From an uncultured Anaerolineaceae bacterium (GTDB lineage: Bacteria > Chloroflexota > Anaerolineae > Anaerolineales > Villigracilaceae): a stretch of DNA of 64,000 nucleotides. The translations under genes were made by a program, and so were the position numbers. Shown here in pieces: positions 27,028 through 36,885 of the stretch (position 1 is its first letter; the number at the start of each line of letters is the position of its first letter). Below the pieces are notes generated by a model. The model was not told where the DNA came from. It did no database searches and saw only the letters and a program-made list of their open reading frames with translations. The stretch covers positions 738-64,737 of the forward strand of contig CAZDGZ010000002.1 of the NCBI GenBank assembly GCA_964505165.1, written 5' to 3'.

Positions 27028-29562
27028 ATGAAATTACCTGTCTCTTGGCTCAAAGATTTCGTAGATATCGAAGATATTTCCGTCGAAGAACTCGCGCGAA
27101 AACTCACCGTCTCCGGGCTGGAAGTCGGCGAAATACGCTACGTCGGCTGGGCAATGCCTCAACGCGGCGCGGGCGAAAAACAAGAATTCAAAACCTACGG
27201 ACTGGAATGGGATCCTGAAAAATTCGTCGTTGCAGAAATCCGCGAGGTAAAGCCTCATCCCAACGCCGACAGACTCGTCCTCTGCGATTTGTTCGACGGC
27301 ACGGAATCCCATATCGTCCTCACGGGCGCGCCCAATCTCTTCGAATACAAAGGGAAAGGGGCTCTTCCCTCGCCCATCAAAGTCGCGTACGCAAAAGAGG
27401 GAGCGATTCTCTATGATGGACACAAAGAGGGACTTCATCTCACAAAACTCAAACGGACGAAGATTCGCGGCGTCGAATCCTCCTCGATGGTCTGCTCGGA
27501 AAAAGAACTGGGGATATCGGACGAACACGAGGGAATCATCCTCCTCGACGACGACGCGCCCGTCGGCATGCCCCTCGCCGACTACATGGGCGACGCAGTG
27601 CTGGATATAGACATCCTCCCAAACAACGCGCGAAACGCCAACGTCCTCGGGATCGCGCGGGAAGTCGCCGCGCTCTTCCGCCGTCCGCTCCGCAAACCGA
27701 AATACACGCTGGAACGCGCCGGAAAATCCCTCCTCGGCGAGGTCGAAATCGAAATCCTGAACCCTGATATGAATCCGCGCTTCATGCTCGGACTCATCCG
27801 CGACATCGAAATCCGACCCAGCCCCTACTGGGTACAGCGACGGCTCCGTCTCGCGGGGATGCGCGCGGTCAACAACATCGTAGACGCGACCAACTACGCC
27901 ATGCTCGAAATCGGGGAACCTCTCCACGCGTTCGACTACGACGCGCTGCGCCGCCGCGCGGGAGACCGTCCCGTCAAGATCATCACCCGAACCGCGCATG
28001 CGGGAGAAAGAATCGTCACCCTCGACGGCGAAACCCGCGAACTGGATGAGTCGCAAATTCTCGTTTGCGATGAAAACGGAGCGCTCTCCATCGCGGGCGT
28101 GATGGGCGGACTCGAAACCGAAGTCACCGACTCCACGCGTAACGTCCTCCTCGAAGCCGCCGCGTGGAACTTCATCAACATTCGGCGCACTGCCAACGCG
28201 CACGCGCTCCATTCCGAAGCCTCGTACCGCTTCTCACGCGGCGTCCACCCCGCACTCGCAGAAGAGGGATTGAAACGCGGGTTGTATTTCATGGAGCAAT
28301 GGAGCGGCGGCAAAATCGCCCCCGATTTCGTCGAGAAATATCCTCGCCCGCCAAAAGACCCACGCGTCGAGATTACCCCCCGCGACGTGCGCCGACTTCT
28401 CGGCATAGACCTTTCGGCGCAGGAAATTGCCGACTTGCTGAATCGACTCGAATTCACGTGCGACATCGAGGGAGAAACGGTCTCGGTGCAGACTCCGCCT
28501 TTCCGCATGGACATCGGCGAGGGCGTGGTCGGCAAAGCCGACATCCTCGAAGAAATTGCCCGCCTCTACGGCTACGACAATATCCCCGAAACGCGCATCG
28601 CCGATTCCCTTCCTCCGCAGCAAACCAACGAAACCTACGAACGGGAAGAGCGCTTACGCGACATCCTTGCCGCGCTGGGGCTGCAAGAAGTCGTCAATTA
28701 CCGGCTCACCGCGCCGGAACGCGAGGCGCGCCTCCTTGCCGCCGCACCCGAAGAAAAGTCCTACGTCCACATCGCCAACCCCATTGCACCCGAAAAGCGC
28801 GTCTTGCGCCGCTCCCTGCTCGCATCCGTCCTCGAGGTCGTAGAGCGCAACATCCGTCTCAACCGACCTATCGCGTTCTTCGAAATTGGCCCCGTTTTCC
28901 TCCCGCAAGGCAGCGAAATCCCCCTCGAACCGCATTACCTCGCGCTCGCGTTGAGCGGCAAACGCCGCGAAGAAGCATGGGACGACAACGACGCCCCCGC
29001 GTTCGATTTCTACGACATGAAGGGAATCGTCGAAGGGATTTTCGACAGTCTCCGCATTCAAGGCGTGACCTACGAACCCGCCGAGGATATCCCCGCGTAT
29101 CATCCGGGGAAATGTGCGAGAGTCCTCTACGAGGGAGAACCGCTCGGCGTTTTCGGGGAACTCCATCCGAAGGCAGCGGATGCCTACGGCTTTGAAACTT
29201 ATCCCGTTTTGGCGGCAGAATTCCCGCTGGACGCGTTGTTCGAAGCCGCCCCCGACCTCCGCGTGAAGCCCGTTTCGCCATATCCTCCTGTCTACGAAGA
29301 TATCGCCTTCATCGTGGACGAGTCCATCCCCGCCGGAGAGGTGGAAGCCCTCATCCGTCAAACAGGCGGCAAATATCTGACCTCCGTCCGCCTTTTCGAC
29401 CTCTACCAAGGAGAACAAATCGGCGCGGGAAAGAAATCCCTCGCGTACAGCCTCGTGTATCAGGCTCCCGACAGAACGTTGGAAAACAAAGACACGGCGA
29501 AAATCCGCAAGAAAATCATCAAACGCCTCGAACGCGAACTTGGAGCAAAATTACGCGGATAA
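27028..29562 (+). CDS. pheT: Phenylalanine--tRNA ligase beta subunit
   Basis: MKLPVSWLKDFVDI... start, B3/4 and B5 domains and a FDX-ACB C-terminus. 844 aa. Confidence 0.97.
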   Translation: MKLPVSWLKDFVDIEDISVEELARKLTVSGLEVGEIRYVGWAMPQRGAGEKQEFKTYGLEWDPEKFVVAEIREVKPHPNADRLVLCDLFDGTESHIVLTGAPNLFEYKGKGALPSPIKVAYAKEGAILYDGHKEGLHLTKLKRTKIRGVESSSMVCSEKELGISDEHEGIILLDDDAPVGMPLADYMGDAVLDIDILPNNARNANVLGIAREVAALFRRPLRKPKYTLERAGKSLLGEVEIEILNPDMNPRFMLGLIRDIEIRPSPYWVQRRLRLAGMRAVNNIVDATNYAMLEIGEPLHAFDYDALRRRAGDRPVKIITRTAHAGERIVTLDGETRELDESQILVCDENGALSIAGVMGGLETEVTDSTRNVLLEAAAWNFINIRRTANAHALHSEASYRFSRGVHPALAEEGLKRGLYFMEQWSGGKIAPDFVEKYPRPPKDPRVEITPRDVRRLLGIDLSAQEIADLLNRLEFTCDIEGETVSVQTPPFRMDIGEGVVGKADILEEIARLYGYDNIPETRIADSLPPQQTNETYEREERLRDILAALGLQEVVNYRLTAPEREARLLAAAPEEKSYVHIANPIAPEKRVLRRSLLASVLEVVERNIRLNRPIAFFEIGPVFLPQGSEIPLEPHYLALALSGKRREEAWDDNDAPAFDFYDMKGIVEGIFDSLRIQGVTYEPAEDIPAYHPGKCARVLYEGEPLGVFGELHPKAADAYGFETYPVLAAEFPLDALFEAAPDLRVKPVSPYPPVYEDIAFIVDESIPAGEVEALIRQTGGKYLTSVRLFDLYQGEQIGAGKKSLAYSLVYQAPDRTLENKDTAKIRKKIIKRLERELGAKLRG

Positions 29563-29579
29563 CCCCGCCCCACAAACGA

Positions 29580-29618
29580 AAACAGGGATTGAGCCTTTTG
29601 CTCAATCCCTGTTTTTTG
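29580..29618. terminator. Bidirectional rho-independent terminator (pheT / metalloprotease)
   Basis: ACAGGGATTGAGC-CTTTT-GCTCAATCCCTGT (13-bp stem), flanked by GAAAA on the left and TTTTTG on the right. Confidence 0.8.
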
Positions 29619-29645
29619 TAATCTGCGTTGTGTTTTAGCCGCTCG

Positions 29646-31658
29646 TCAATGAATTTCAACGGTGTACGCCGCTTTTTCATGAGAAAATCGGGTCACGCCG
29701 GTCACGACGAGGGTCGCGCGGTCTCCCGCGTTCAGCGAGAGGGGAACGTTTGCCGTCTGATTCTCGCCGACGGGAAGGAAATCTACCGTTGTTTCGCCGT
29801 TATTGCGCTGAACGATGAGCGCAAGACGGAATTCCTGCGGCAGGCGGTTTTCCACGCGGACGAATCCCGCGCCCTCCCAGCCGCCGTCGTCCGACTCGAA
29901 ATCCGTTTCGTAGCCGATTTCGGGGATAGAAAGGTCGTCGAGGAGAAAGCCTTTCCCGTTCACCGCCGCGTCGGTCACATACTCAAAACGGAGATAAACT
30001 TTCTTCCCCGCGTACGCGGATAGGTCTACGGTTTCCTCTATCCAGCCCTCCGTCGAGCCGTTGTATCCCCACCCATACGAATTGCCGGAGGGGTCTTCAT
30101 CTGTGCCGGAGGGGGTAACGAGAATATCCCAATGTTCGCCGTCTTCCGAAACTTCGAGGTAGAGATAATCGTAATTCTTTTCGAGGTCGTACCACGTCCA
30201 GAAAGTCAGCGTCACATTCGAAACATCGGAAAAGTCGAATTCGCGAGTCAGAGTCATATCCGACTCATCGCCTCGATTCGACCAAAACGCGTATTTCCCG
30301 GAATGTGCATCTTCCGGGAGAAGATTCGCGACCATCGAACCCGTGAACGAAAGGGTATAGTCTCCCTCACAGGTGATTTCGATATAATCCGCGCCATATT
30401 GATATACATCGTACCGCTCCTCCGCCGGGCACTCTTCGATGCGCTCAGTGGGAGAGGCTTTCGGCGCGTCGGGGTAATTCGCGTACGCGTAAATGCCATC
30501 GTCTATCGAGGGATCCTGGAGATAGTTGGCAATCATCCATTGCAATACGAGGTCATCTGCGGAAAGGGGCGCGCCGGTAATCGGGTTTTTCGCGCCGATG
30601 GAGGCGAGAACGTCATCTACACTTTCCATGCCATTTTCTTTATCCGCGACGAGGCGTTGAGTCGCCTCGTCCCCAAAACGGCTGAGGAAATAATCTGCAA
30701 AGAGGAAACTTCCGCCATAATGAGGGGAGTTCTGGCTGACTTCGCTTCCCCAATCATTCAATTGCATATCGGTATCTCGAATATACGCGTACTCGAATCC
30801 TGGTTTATAGCCATTGAGAAATTCCGCCAAAACGGAAAATCCCTCATTGAGCCAGGAGGTCTCGTTGAAATCGCGATACCAGTGAATCATGTGCTGGAAT
30901 TCATGGGAAAGGACATCCGCGTCGCCATCCGCGAAATCGGCGTACCGCGTGTGGATGACAAACATCTCATGCGCGTTGGAATACTCATGCGCCTGAGGAG
31001 GATATTCATCAACGGAGGAGAAATAACCTCCGAGGGAATAGCCCAAATCGCTCGCGTAGAGGATATAAACGTGAGGGTCGTCATCTACGCCGGGAGTCCA
31101 TTCACTGCCGAAGAAGGCTCTGTCGGTAGGATAAATTTTGTTTTCGAAGGTCTCCGCGAGGGCGTTCAGGTCATCTTGCGAAAACGAAACGCCATCCTGT
31201 ACCCAGAAATACGCGTGGGGCGTTACCGCTTGAAGCGTGGCATCTATTTGAAAACTCCTGTCCGTATCTACGTTGGTGACCCAGAATTTTTGATGGTCGC
31301 CCGTGTGGTAGGGGCCGCTCGGAACGATGCGCGGAAATCCGCAAAGGTTGTGCAAGCGGCAAGCGAGATCCATCAAATCGTTTTCCGGGACGACGGCTTC
31401 TTCCAAGGCTTGAAGAGTATCTGCCGGCACTTCCGTTTCCGGGCGCAGCATTTCCGGCGTCGCGGTCGGCTCGCCTACCGCGTCCTCTATTCCCTCCGCC
31501 AATGTCGTCGCGACGACGTCAGGAATCTCATTCGAGACTTGTTTTGCCGCTTGCCCGAAAAGGTACACCGCGCCGCCCAAACAGCCGCACAACAGAAGGA
31601 GAACCACCGCAACAATCGAGACAACAACAAGAGCGGTCTTGTCTTTTTTCTGTTCCAT
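29646..31658 (-). CDS. Membrane-anchored secreted zinc metalloprotease (gluzincin type, HEXXH...WLNEG)
   Basis: N-terminal TM anchor. HEFQHMIHWYRDFNETSWLNEGFSVLAE resembles the M1/MA(E) HEXXH-Xn-E signature. A beta-rich C-terminal domain follows. The exact MEROPS family is not assignable by eye. Confidence 0.75.
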   Translation of the reverse strand: MEQKKDKTALVVVSIVAVVLLLLCGCLGGAVYLFGQAAKQVSNEIPDVVATTLAEGIEDAVGEPTATPEMLRPETEVPADTLQALEEAVVPENDLMDLACRLHNLCGFPRIVPSGPYHTGDHQKFWVTNVDTDRSFQIDATLQAVTPHAYFWVQDGVSFSQDDLNALAETFENKIYPTDRAFFGSEWTPGVDDDPHVYILYASDLGYSLGGYFSSVDEYPPQAHEYSNAHEMFVIHTRYADFADGDADVLSHEFQHMIHWYRDFNETSWLNEGFSVLAEFLNGYKPGFEYAYIRDTDMQLNDWGSEVSQNSPHYGGSFLFADYFLSRFGDEATQRLVADKENGMESVDDVLASIGAKNPITGAPLSADDLVLQWMIANYLQDPSIDDGIYAYANYPDAPKASPTERIEECPAEERYDVYQYGADYIEITCEGDYTLSFTGSMVANLLPEDAHSGKYAFWSNRGDESDMTLTREFDFSDVSNVTLTFWTWYDLEKNYDYLYLEVSEDGEHWDILVTPSGTDEDPSGNSYGWGYNGSTEGWIEETVDLSAYAGKKVYLRFEYVTDAAVNGKGFLLDDLSIPEIGYETDFESDDGGWEGAGFVRVENRLPQEFRLALIVQRNNGETTVDFLPVGENQTANVPLSLNAGDRATLVVTGVTRFSHEKAAYTVEIH

Positions 31659-34138
31659 TATGAATTATCCTCGCTTTCGCCCGGGGAATCGTTCTTTTCT
31701 TTCGAAGGATTTCGAGGGAGGAAGACGATTTTATCTTCCTCCACATCCACATAGACTTCGCCGCCTTCCGAAAAATCGCCGTTGAGCAATTTGATAGAAA
31801 GGGGACTTTCGATGTATTTCTGCAACGCGCGCCGCAGCGGACGTGCGCCAAACGCGGGGTCGTAGCCCGTTTCTGCCAGCCACTTCCGCGCCGCCTCGCT
31901 CATCTCGATTCGAATATCAAACGCCGACAAGCGTTCGCGAATTTCGCGCATTTGCAACTCTACGATTTCTTCCATCTCCTCTACGCTCAACGGCGAGAAG
32001 ATAATCACTTCATCAATCCGGTTGAGAAATTCGGGGCGGAAGGTTTCTTTGAGGGCTTTTTCTATCTTCGCATGCGCCTCTCGTTCCTCGTCGGTTTCGG
32101 TTTGCTGCAAAAAGCCCAGCGTGCCGCCTTTGCGGACGTATTCCGTCCCCAGGTTGCTCGTCATAATCAAAATGGTATTGCGGAAATCCACCACATTCCC
32201 CTGCCCGTCGGTCATGCGTCCGTCGTCGAGGATTTGGAGGAGCGCATTCCACACTTCGGGATGGGCTTTCTCGATTTCGTCAAAGAGGATGACGCGGTAG
32301 GGGCGGCGGCGTACCGCTTCCGTCAATTGACCGCCCTCCTCATAGCCCACGTAGCCGGGCGGCGCGCCGAAAAGCCGCGAGGCGGTATGTTGTTCTCGGT
32401 ACTCGGACATATCAATCCGCAAGAGGGCATCTTCGTCGTCGAACATGAACCACGCTAACGCCTTCGCGAGTTCCGTTTTGCCGACGCCGGAAGGTCCGAT
32501 GAAAATAAAGGAACCAATGGGGCGGCGCGGGTCTTTCAGCCCGGAACGCGCGCGGCGGATCGCGTCCGCAATCGCGTGGATGGCTTCCTCCTGCCCGATG
32601 ATTCGCTCGTGGAGGCGTTCTTCCATGTGGAGGAGTTTCTCCGCCTCGGTTTCCATCATCTGCGAAACGGGAATCCCCGTCCACTGATGGACAACCTCCG
32701 CGATATCCTGGACATCTACCACCTCGTCCAGTTTATGCTCCGCTTCCCAGGCATCGCGCAACTTTTTGAATTTATTTTGCAGGCGAAGCCGCTCTGCCTT
32801 TTTCTGAGCCGCGCGCTCGTAGTCTCGCTCTATGCCGGCTTGTTCCTCTTCCATTGCGAGATGGTCTATCTCCGTTTGTATTTCTTTCAATTCGGGAGGA
32901 AGCGAGTAAAGCGCCACGCGGAGTTTCGCGGCGGCTTCGTCTATCAGGTCAATGGCTTTATCAGGGAGATGCCTGTCGGTCACATAACGGTCTGCCAAAC
33001 GCGCCGCGGCAACAAGGGCGTCATCCGAAAAGCGGACTTTGTGATGCGCCTCATACCTGTCTCGCAATCCTTGAAGCATGGCTATCGTATCTTCGACGTT
33101 TGGCTCTTCGACATAAATAGGAGCAAAGCGGCGCTCTAGCGCGGAATCTTTTTCGATATATTTGTGATATTCGTCAAGGGTCGTCGCGCCGATACATTGC
33201 AGTTCGCCGCGTGCCAACGCGGGTTTGAGCATATTCGAGGCGTCCATCGCGCCCTGCGCCGCGCCCGCGCCAACGACGGTATGCAACTCATCAATCATCA
33301 AGATGATATCCCCTTTCGAGCGTTGCACCTCGTCAATCGCGGATTTCAGGCGCTCCTCGAATTCCCCGCGAAAACGGGAGCCTGCAATCATGCTCCCCAA
33401 ATCCAGAGAGATTACGCGCTTTCCGCTCAAAATTTCGGGGACATCATTCGAGGCGATTTTCTGCGCCAAGCCCTCGACGATAGCCGTTTTCCCGACTCCC
33501 GCCTCGCCGATGAGAACAGGGTTGTTTTTCGTGCGGCGAGAGAGAATTTGGATAAGCCGCAAAATTTCCGTATCGCGCCCGATGACGGGGTCGAGTTTTC
33601 CTTCCCGCGCGAGGGCGGTGAGGTCGCGGGAGTATTTTTCCAACGCGCGGTAGCGGGTTTCGGCTTTTCTATCCGTCACGCGCTGCCCGCCGCGAATTTG
33701 CTGGATAGCGGCATAAACGCGTTCGCGGGTAATGCCTGCGCTCGTCAAAATGCGAGAAGAGGTCGTGTTCCGCTCGTTCAAAATCGCGAGGAAGAGATGC
33801 TCCGTGGAAATATATTCGTCCTTCAGTAAATTCGCCTCTTCGTTAGCGCGGTCTATGATTCGCTTGACGCGCGGTGTGATAAATATCTGTCCCGCGCCGC
33901 CGCCAAAGATATTCGCTTTGGGGGTCGCGCGAAGCGTCGCATCCAGGCGCTGCGCGAGGAGTTCGCTGTTGACATCGAGATGTCTCAGAATTTGCGGGAC
34001 AACCCCATCGTGCTGCTCGATGAGCGCGAGGAGAATATGTTCCGTATCAATTTGATTGTGTCCGTATCGCTGAATAATTTCTGCTGCGCGTTGTGCGGCG
34101 GCTTGGGCACGCTCGGTGAAACGATCAAATCGCATCAT
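31658..34138 (-). CDS. clpC: ATP-dependent Clp protease ATP-binding subunit ClpC
   Basis: Clp_N repeats, two AAA+ modules ([16 protein letters not shown]), a short UVR-like middle domain and an LGF ClpP-docking loop. 826 aa, so ClpC-type rather than ClpB. Confidence 0.92.
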   Translation of the reverse strand: MMRFDRFTERAQAAAQRAAEIIQRYGHNQIDTEHILLALIEQHDGVVPQILRHLDVNSELLAQRLDATLRATPKANIFGGGAGQIFITPRVKRIIDRANEEANLLKDEYISTEHLFLAILNERNTTSSRILTSAGITRERVYAAIQQIRGGQRVTDRKAETRYRALEKYSRDLTALAREGKLDPVIGRDTEILRLIQILSRRTKNNPVLIGEAGVGKTAIVEGLAQKIASNDVPEILSGKRVISLDLGSMIAGSRFRGEFEERLKSAIDEVQRSKGDIILMIDELHTVVGAGAAQGAMDASNMLKPALARGELQCIGATTLDEYHKYIEKDSALERRFAPIYVEEPNVEDTIAMLQGLRDRYEAHHKVRFSDDALVAAARLADRYVTDRHLPDKAIDLIDEAAAKLRVALYSLPPELKEIQTEIDHLAMEEEQAGIERDYERAAQKKAERLRLQNKFKKLRDAWEAEHKLDEVVDVQDIAEVVHQWTGIPVSQMMETEAEKLLHMEERLHERIIGQEEAIHAIADAIRRARSGLKDPRRPIGSFIFIGPSGVGKTELAKALAWFMFDDEDALLRIDMSEYREQHTASRLFGAPPGYVGYEEGGQLTEAVRRRPYRVILFDEIEKAHPEVWNALLQILDDGRMTDGQGNVVDFRNTILIMTSNLGTEYVRKGGTLGFLQQTETDEEREAHAKIEKALKETFRPEFLNRIDEVIIFSPLSVEEMEEIVELQMREIRERLSAFDIRIEMSEAARKWLAETGYDPAFGARPLRRALQKYIESPLSIKLLNGDFSEGGEVYVDVEEDKIVFLPRNPSKEKNDSPGESEDNS

Positions 34139-34209
34139 AGCGTTGAGTCCTTTCTAAAGAAAAGAACGCGCGGCGCGTCCTCTTCTGCCTTTCAAGAGAG
34201 TTTGTCCGC

Positions 34210-34218
34210 ATTATAACA
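34210..34218 (-). promoter_or_regulatory. Extended -10 element (TGTTATAAT on the minus strand) upstream of clpC
   Basis: The reverse complement of 34210-34218 reads TGTTATAAT, about 70 nt upstream of the clpC ATG. The nearby TTGACA is only 12 nt away, so it is probably not the -35. Confidence 0.45.
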
Positions 34219-34244
34219 AAGCGGGCTTGTCAAAACGAAAACAT

Positions 34245-34267
34245 ACGGTTAGAGAATTATTAACCGT
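34245..34267 (-). terminator. Possible terminator hairpin after the SbcD-like gene
   Basis: The minus strand reads ACGGTTA-N9-TAACCGT immediately after the stop, followed by ATGTTTTCGTTTT. The stem is short and AT-containing, so this is weak. Confidence 0.4.
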
Positions 34268-35509
34268 TCACGATTCGGAGGGAGAGTCATCCGGCAAGGC
34301 GATGATTTCCCGCGCCATTTGCTGTAACGCCTCGAATTCTTCTTCGTCTTCCAGATGGATGGCGCGCCAATACCGTTCCAAAAGTTCCAACGGGGAAAGG
34401 CTGCTCACGGTCGCGTTGGCAGGGAGGCGGATGCGCGACTCGAATTGCGGACGCTTGACGAGGTGAAATTCGAACGCCGATTCGGTCCGTGTACGCAATG
34501 CAGACTCGTCTATCAACGCGTCCCATTCGCGGGGGTATTCCACGACGAGGCGAACGATGGCGTCTTTCATCTCGTCGGGAGAGGGGAGTGCGGCGAGAAG
34601 CGCGTCCGTCACGGCTTCGTCGGAGCGCAGGATCACGCGGCGGTCCAGGAAGGGACGGATGTTCTCCAGTTTTCGCCAGGAGACTTCCGCCTTCCCTTTT
34701 TCCACCTCGGCGATGACGAAAAATTTATCGTCCTCCGCTTCCCCAAAATCTACGCGCTCTATCGAACCCGGGTAAATCACCGGCGGATGCGCGCCTTCGT
34801 TCAGGTTTTGCGCTTTGTGGATGTGCCCCAGCGCCACATAATCGAGGCGGGGATCTTTGACGAGAGAGCCGGAAAGGGTCAAATCGTTCCCCAACATCAC
34901 GGTTCGCTCGGAGCCGTAGACCGCTCCCTGAACCGAGGCGTGCGCCGTCAAAATGATAGGGAGCGCAGGGTCGGCATCTTCCAGCCATTGCGCTACGAGG
35001 TCAGCGAGCCGCGTTTCGATTTCCGTGTAAATATCGGCAGGGGCCGCGCCGCTGAGAGAAAGCGCCGCCATCAGTCCAGAACGGGAAACCCAGGGGAGGG
35101 CAATGAGTTGGACAGGAAGCCCGGTTTCGTCAGAGGAGAGGAACGCGGGTTTATCGAGGACGCGGACGTGAGGGACGCGCAGGGTGTCGAATTCCTGCAT
35201 GGCATGAGCGCGTCCGGTTGCGGGGGAAATATCGTGATTTCCCACGAGTAAAAAGGTCGGGATTCCCGCTTCCGATAGGCGAATGATGCGCTTGCCCCAT
35301 TCGCGTTGATAGGTCGGTGCAGGGGAACGGTCTTTGTAGGTATCTCCTGCAAAGAGCACCATATCTACGTTTTCTTCAATAGCCGTCTCGACGATGGTAT
35401 CGAGAGAGTGCAGAAAATCGAGGACGCGGAGCGGCAGGCCGGTTTCCGGGTCGCGGCGTCCGTAATTCGCCATATCAATATGAGCGTCGGCAAAATGTAA
35501 GATACGCAT
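34268..35509 (-). CDS. SbcD/Mre11-family metallophosphoesterase nuclease (no SbcC/Rad50 partner adjacent)
   Basis: MRILHFADAHID...VLFAGDTYKD...LLVGNHD...GHIH calcineurin-like phosphoesterase motifs. The start is at ATG 35509, overlapping the upstream stop as TAATG. The ORF-track extension to 35758 runs inside the upstream gene. Confidence 0.85.
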   Translation of the reverse strand: MRILHFADAHIDMANYGRRDPETGLPLRVLDFLHSLDTIVETAIEENVDMVLFAGDTYKDRSPAPTYQREWGKRIIRLSEAGIPTFLLVGNHDISPATGRAHAMQEFDTLRVPHVRVLDKPAFLSSDETGLPVQLIALPWVSRSGLMAALSLSGAAPADIYTEIETRLADLVAQWLEDADPALPIILTAHASVQGAVYGSERTVMLGNDLTLSGSLVKDPRLDYVALGHIHKAQNLNEGAHPPVIYPGSIERVDFGEAEDDKFFVIAEVEKGKAEVSWRKLENIRPFLDRRVILRSDEAVTDALLAALPSPDEMKDAIVRLVVEYPREWDALIDESALRTRTESAFEFHLVKRPQFESRIRLPANATVSSLSPLELLERYWRAIHLEDEEEFEALQQMAREIIALPDDSPSES

Positions 35510-36816
35510 TAGTCTCCCCATTCCTGTAGTTTCGTAAGTCCCGCAAAGAAATGCGGGTTGAGATGAACCGCCTCGCGCATATCTTCTAATGCGGCAGCGC
35601 GTTGCCCCAGAGCATATTCCGCCATCGCGCGCCAGTAGAGGCTTTCTTCGAGAGTCGGCTTGGAGATGGTTTCGTTGAGGGTGATGTTCGCGAGGTTGAT
35701 GACATCTTGATAGCGCCCGGAGTAATAATAAGCCCAATAGGGTCCCGTTTGATACCACATCATCCGATAGGGACGCTGGGTATCCTCCTCTTCAAGTTGC
35801 GCGTAAACGAGAAAGGCTTGGTCGTACGCGGCGGCGGCATCGGCGTATCGCTGCAATTTGACCAAACTCGTCCCTTTGTTGAACCACGCGAAGAAGGAGT
35901 CGTTTCCCGTTTGGGTTTGGATATCGCGTTCTGCAATGTCGAGGGCATGCTGCGCCGCCCACATCGGGTCTCCCCAGTCGCCCAAAACGGAAAGGAGATT
36001 CTCCTCCCTTTCCGGCGGGTAGACGAGGAGGAAGAGATAATCGAAGGCGCGCCATCCCTCCCAAAACTCATCGTAAGGGACGCGGAAATCGGGTCCGTCG
36101 TGATAAGTATCTTGGACGATGAAAACGCCTTCGGCATCATCGTAGCCGGTGATGAATTGGTAATGCCCCATCCAGGAGATTTTTCCGGTATAGTCGCGCT
36201 CGTAATAGCCTTTTTCCGCGAGGACGGGAAATCCTGCCGCGAGGAGGCGTTTGACGAGGGAGATTTCTCCGCCGTAGCGAATCAGCGCATGGAAGGAGGT
36301 CTCTTCGTTGACGAAATTCGCCATCTCGTAGGGCATCACGTTCTTGTCGGTTTTCCCTCTGTCAATGAAAGAGAGTGCGGGGTCGTCCACGCCGGGCTTG
36401 ATGGATTTCGCCACATCATCCCGATTTCCCTCCCATCCCCAAAATTCGAGTGCCATCGCCAAATTCGAGGGGCCGCAATAATTCCAGCGGTTGAATTGGT
36501 CTTCGTAGACGACTCCCTCCAGCGAAACGGAATCAGGGAGCGGCGTGGGCGTCGCCGTCGGCGGGAGAGTCGGCTCTCCGGCGAGGAATGGCGTCGAGGA
36601 GGGGGAGGGCGTCGGCGAGGGAGGCGTATCCGCCTGAGTTGGCTGAATCGTGGGGAGGAATATCGCTTCATCCGGCGGATGCAGCGCGTACTTGATGCGC
36701 GTTCGGAGGTTTTCGAAGCGCCATTCCCAATGCGCGCGAACGGGAGGGAGGAACGCAACGAAAATCAACGCAGCGAGGAAAAGCAGGAGCCAAAGCAATC
36801 GGCGGTTTCGCGTCAT
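35509..36816 (-). CDS. Membrane-anchored peptidase-C39-like domain protein with C-terminal TPR repeats
   Basis: TM helix, Pro/Thr-rich linker, NYCGPSNLAMALEFWGW (C39-like catalytic Cys context) and TPR-like helices at the C-terminus. The start is at ATG 36816, because ORF-track ATG 36855 lies inside the dnaK terminator hairpin. Confidence 0.7.
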   Translation of the reverse strand: MTRNRRLLWLLLFLAALIFVAFLPPVRAHWEWRFENLRTRIKYALHPPDEAIFLPTIQPTQADTPPSPTPSPSSTPFLAGEPTLPPTATPTPLPDSVSLEGVVYEDQFNRWNYCGPSNLAMALEFWGWEGNRDDVAKSIKPGVDDPALSFIDRGKTDKNVMPYEMANFVNEETSFHALIRYGGEISLVKRLLAAGFPVLAEKGYYERDYTGKISWMGHYQFITGYDDAEGVFIVQDTYHDGPDFRVPYDEFWEGWRAFDYLFLLVYPPEREENLLSVLGDWGDPMWAAQHALDIAERDIQTQTGNDSFFAWFNKGTSLVKLQRYADAAAAYDQAFLVYAQLEEEDTQRPYRMMWYQTGPYWAYYYSGRYQDVINLANITLNETISKPTLEESLYWRAMAEYALGQRAAALEDMREAVHLNPHFFAGLTKLQEWGD

Positions 36817-36827
36817 AAGCGCATTAT

Positions 36828-36860
36828 AAAACAAAAGGCGGCTGCCGCGAGGCAACCGCC
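36828..36860 (-). terminator. Rho-independent terminator of dnaK
   Basis: The minus strand reads GGCGGTTGCC-TCGC-GGCAGCCGCC (10-bp stem with one G-U) followed by TTTTGTTTT. Confidence 0.8.
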
Positions 36861-36885
36861 CGTTTTTCCGAATTTTTCAAGCGTC

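Noticed and set aside
28164-29195. 343-aa Arg/Pro-rich ORF in an alternative sense frame of pheT, and a similar one at 9938-10786 opposite cysS/rlmB
   Set aside because: The extreme R/P/S composition is typical of out-of-frame reading of GC-rich coding DNA. Both lie fully embedded in conserved genes.
34139-34267. Looked for a CtsR operator (tandem GGTCAAA heptads) upstream of clpC, and considered TTGACA there as a -35
   Set aside because: Only a single GTCAAAA-like word is present, so there is no tandem heptad. The TTGACA is 12 nt from the -10 and so is not a functional spacing. I kept only the extended -10 call.
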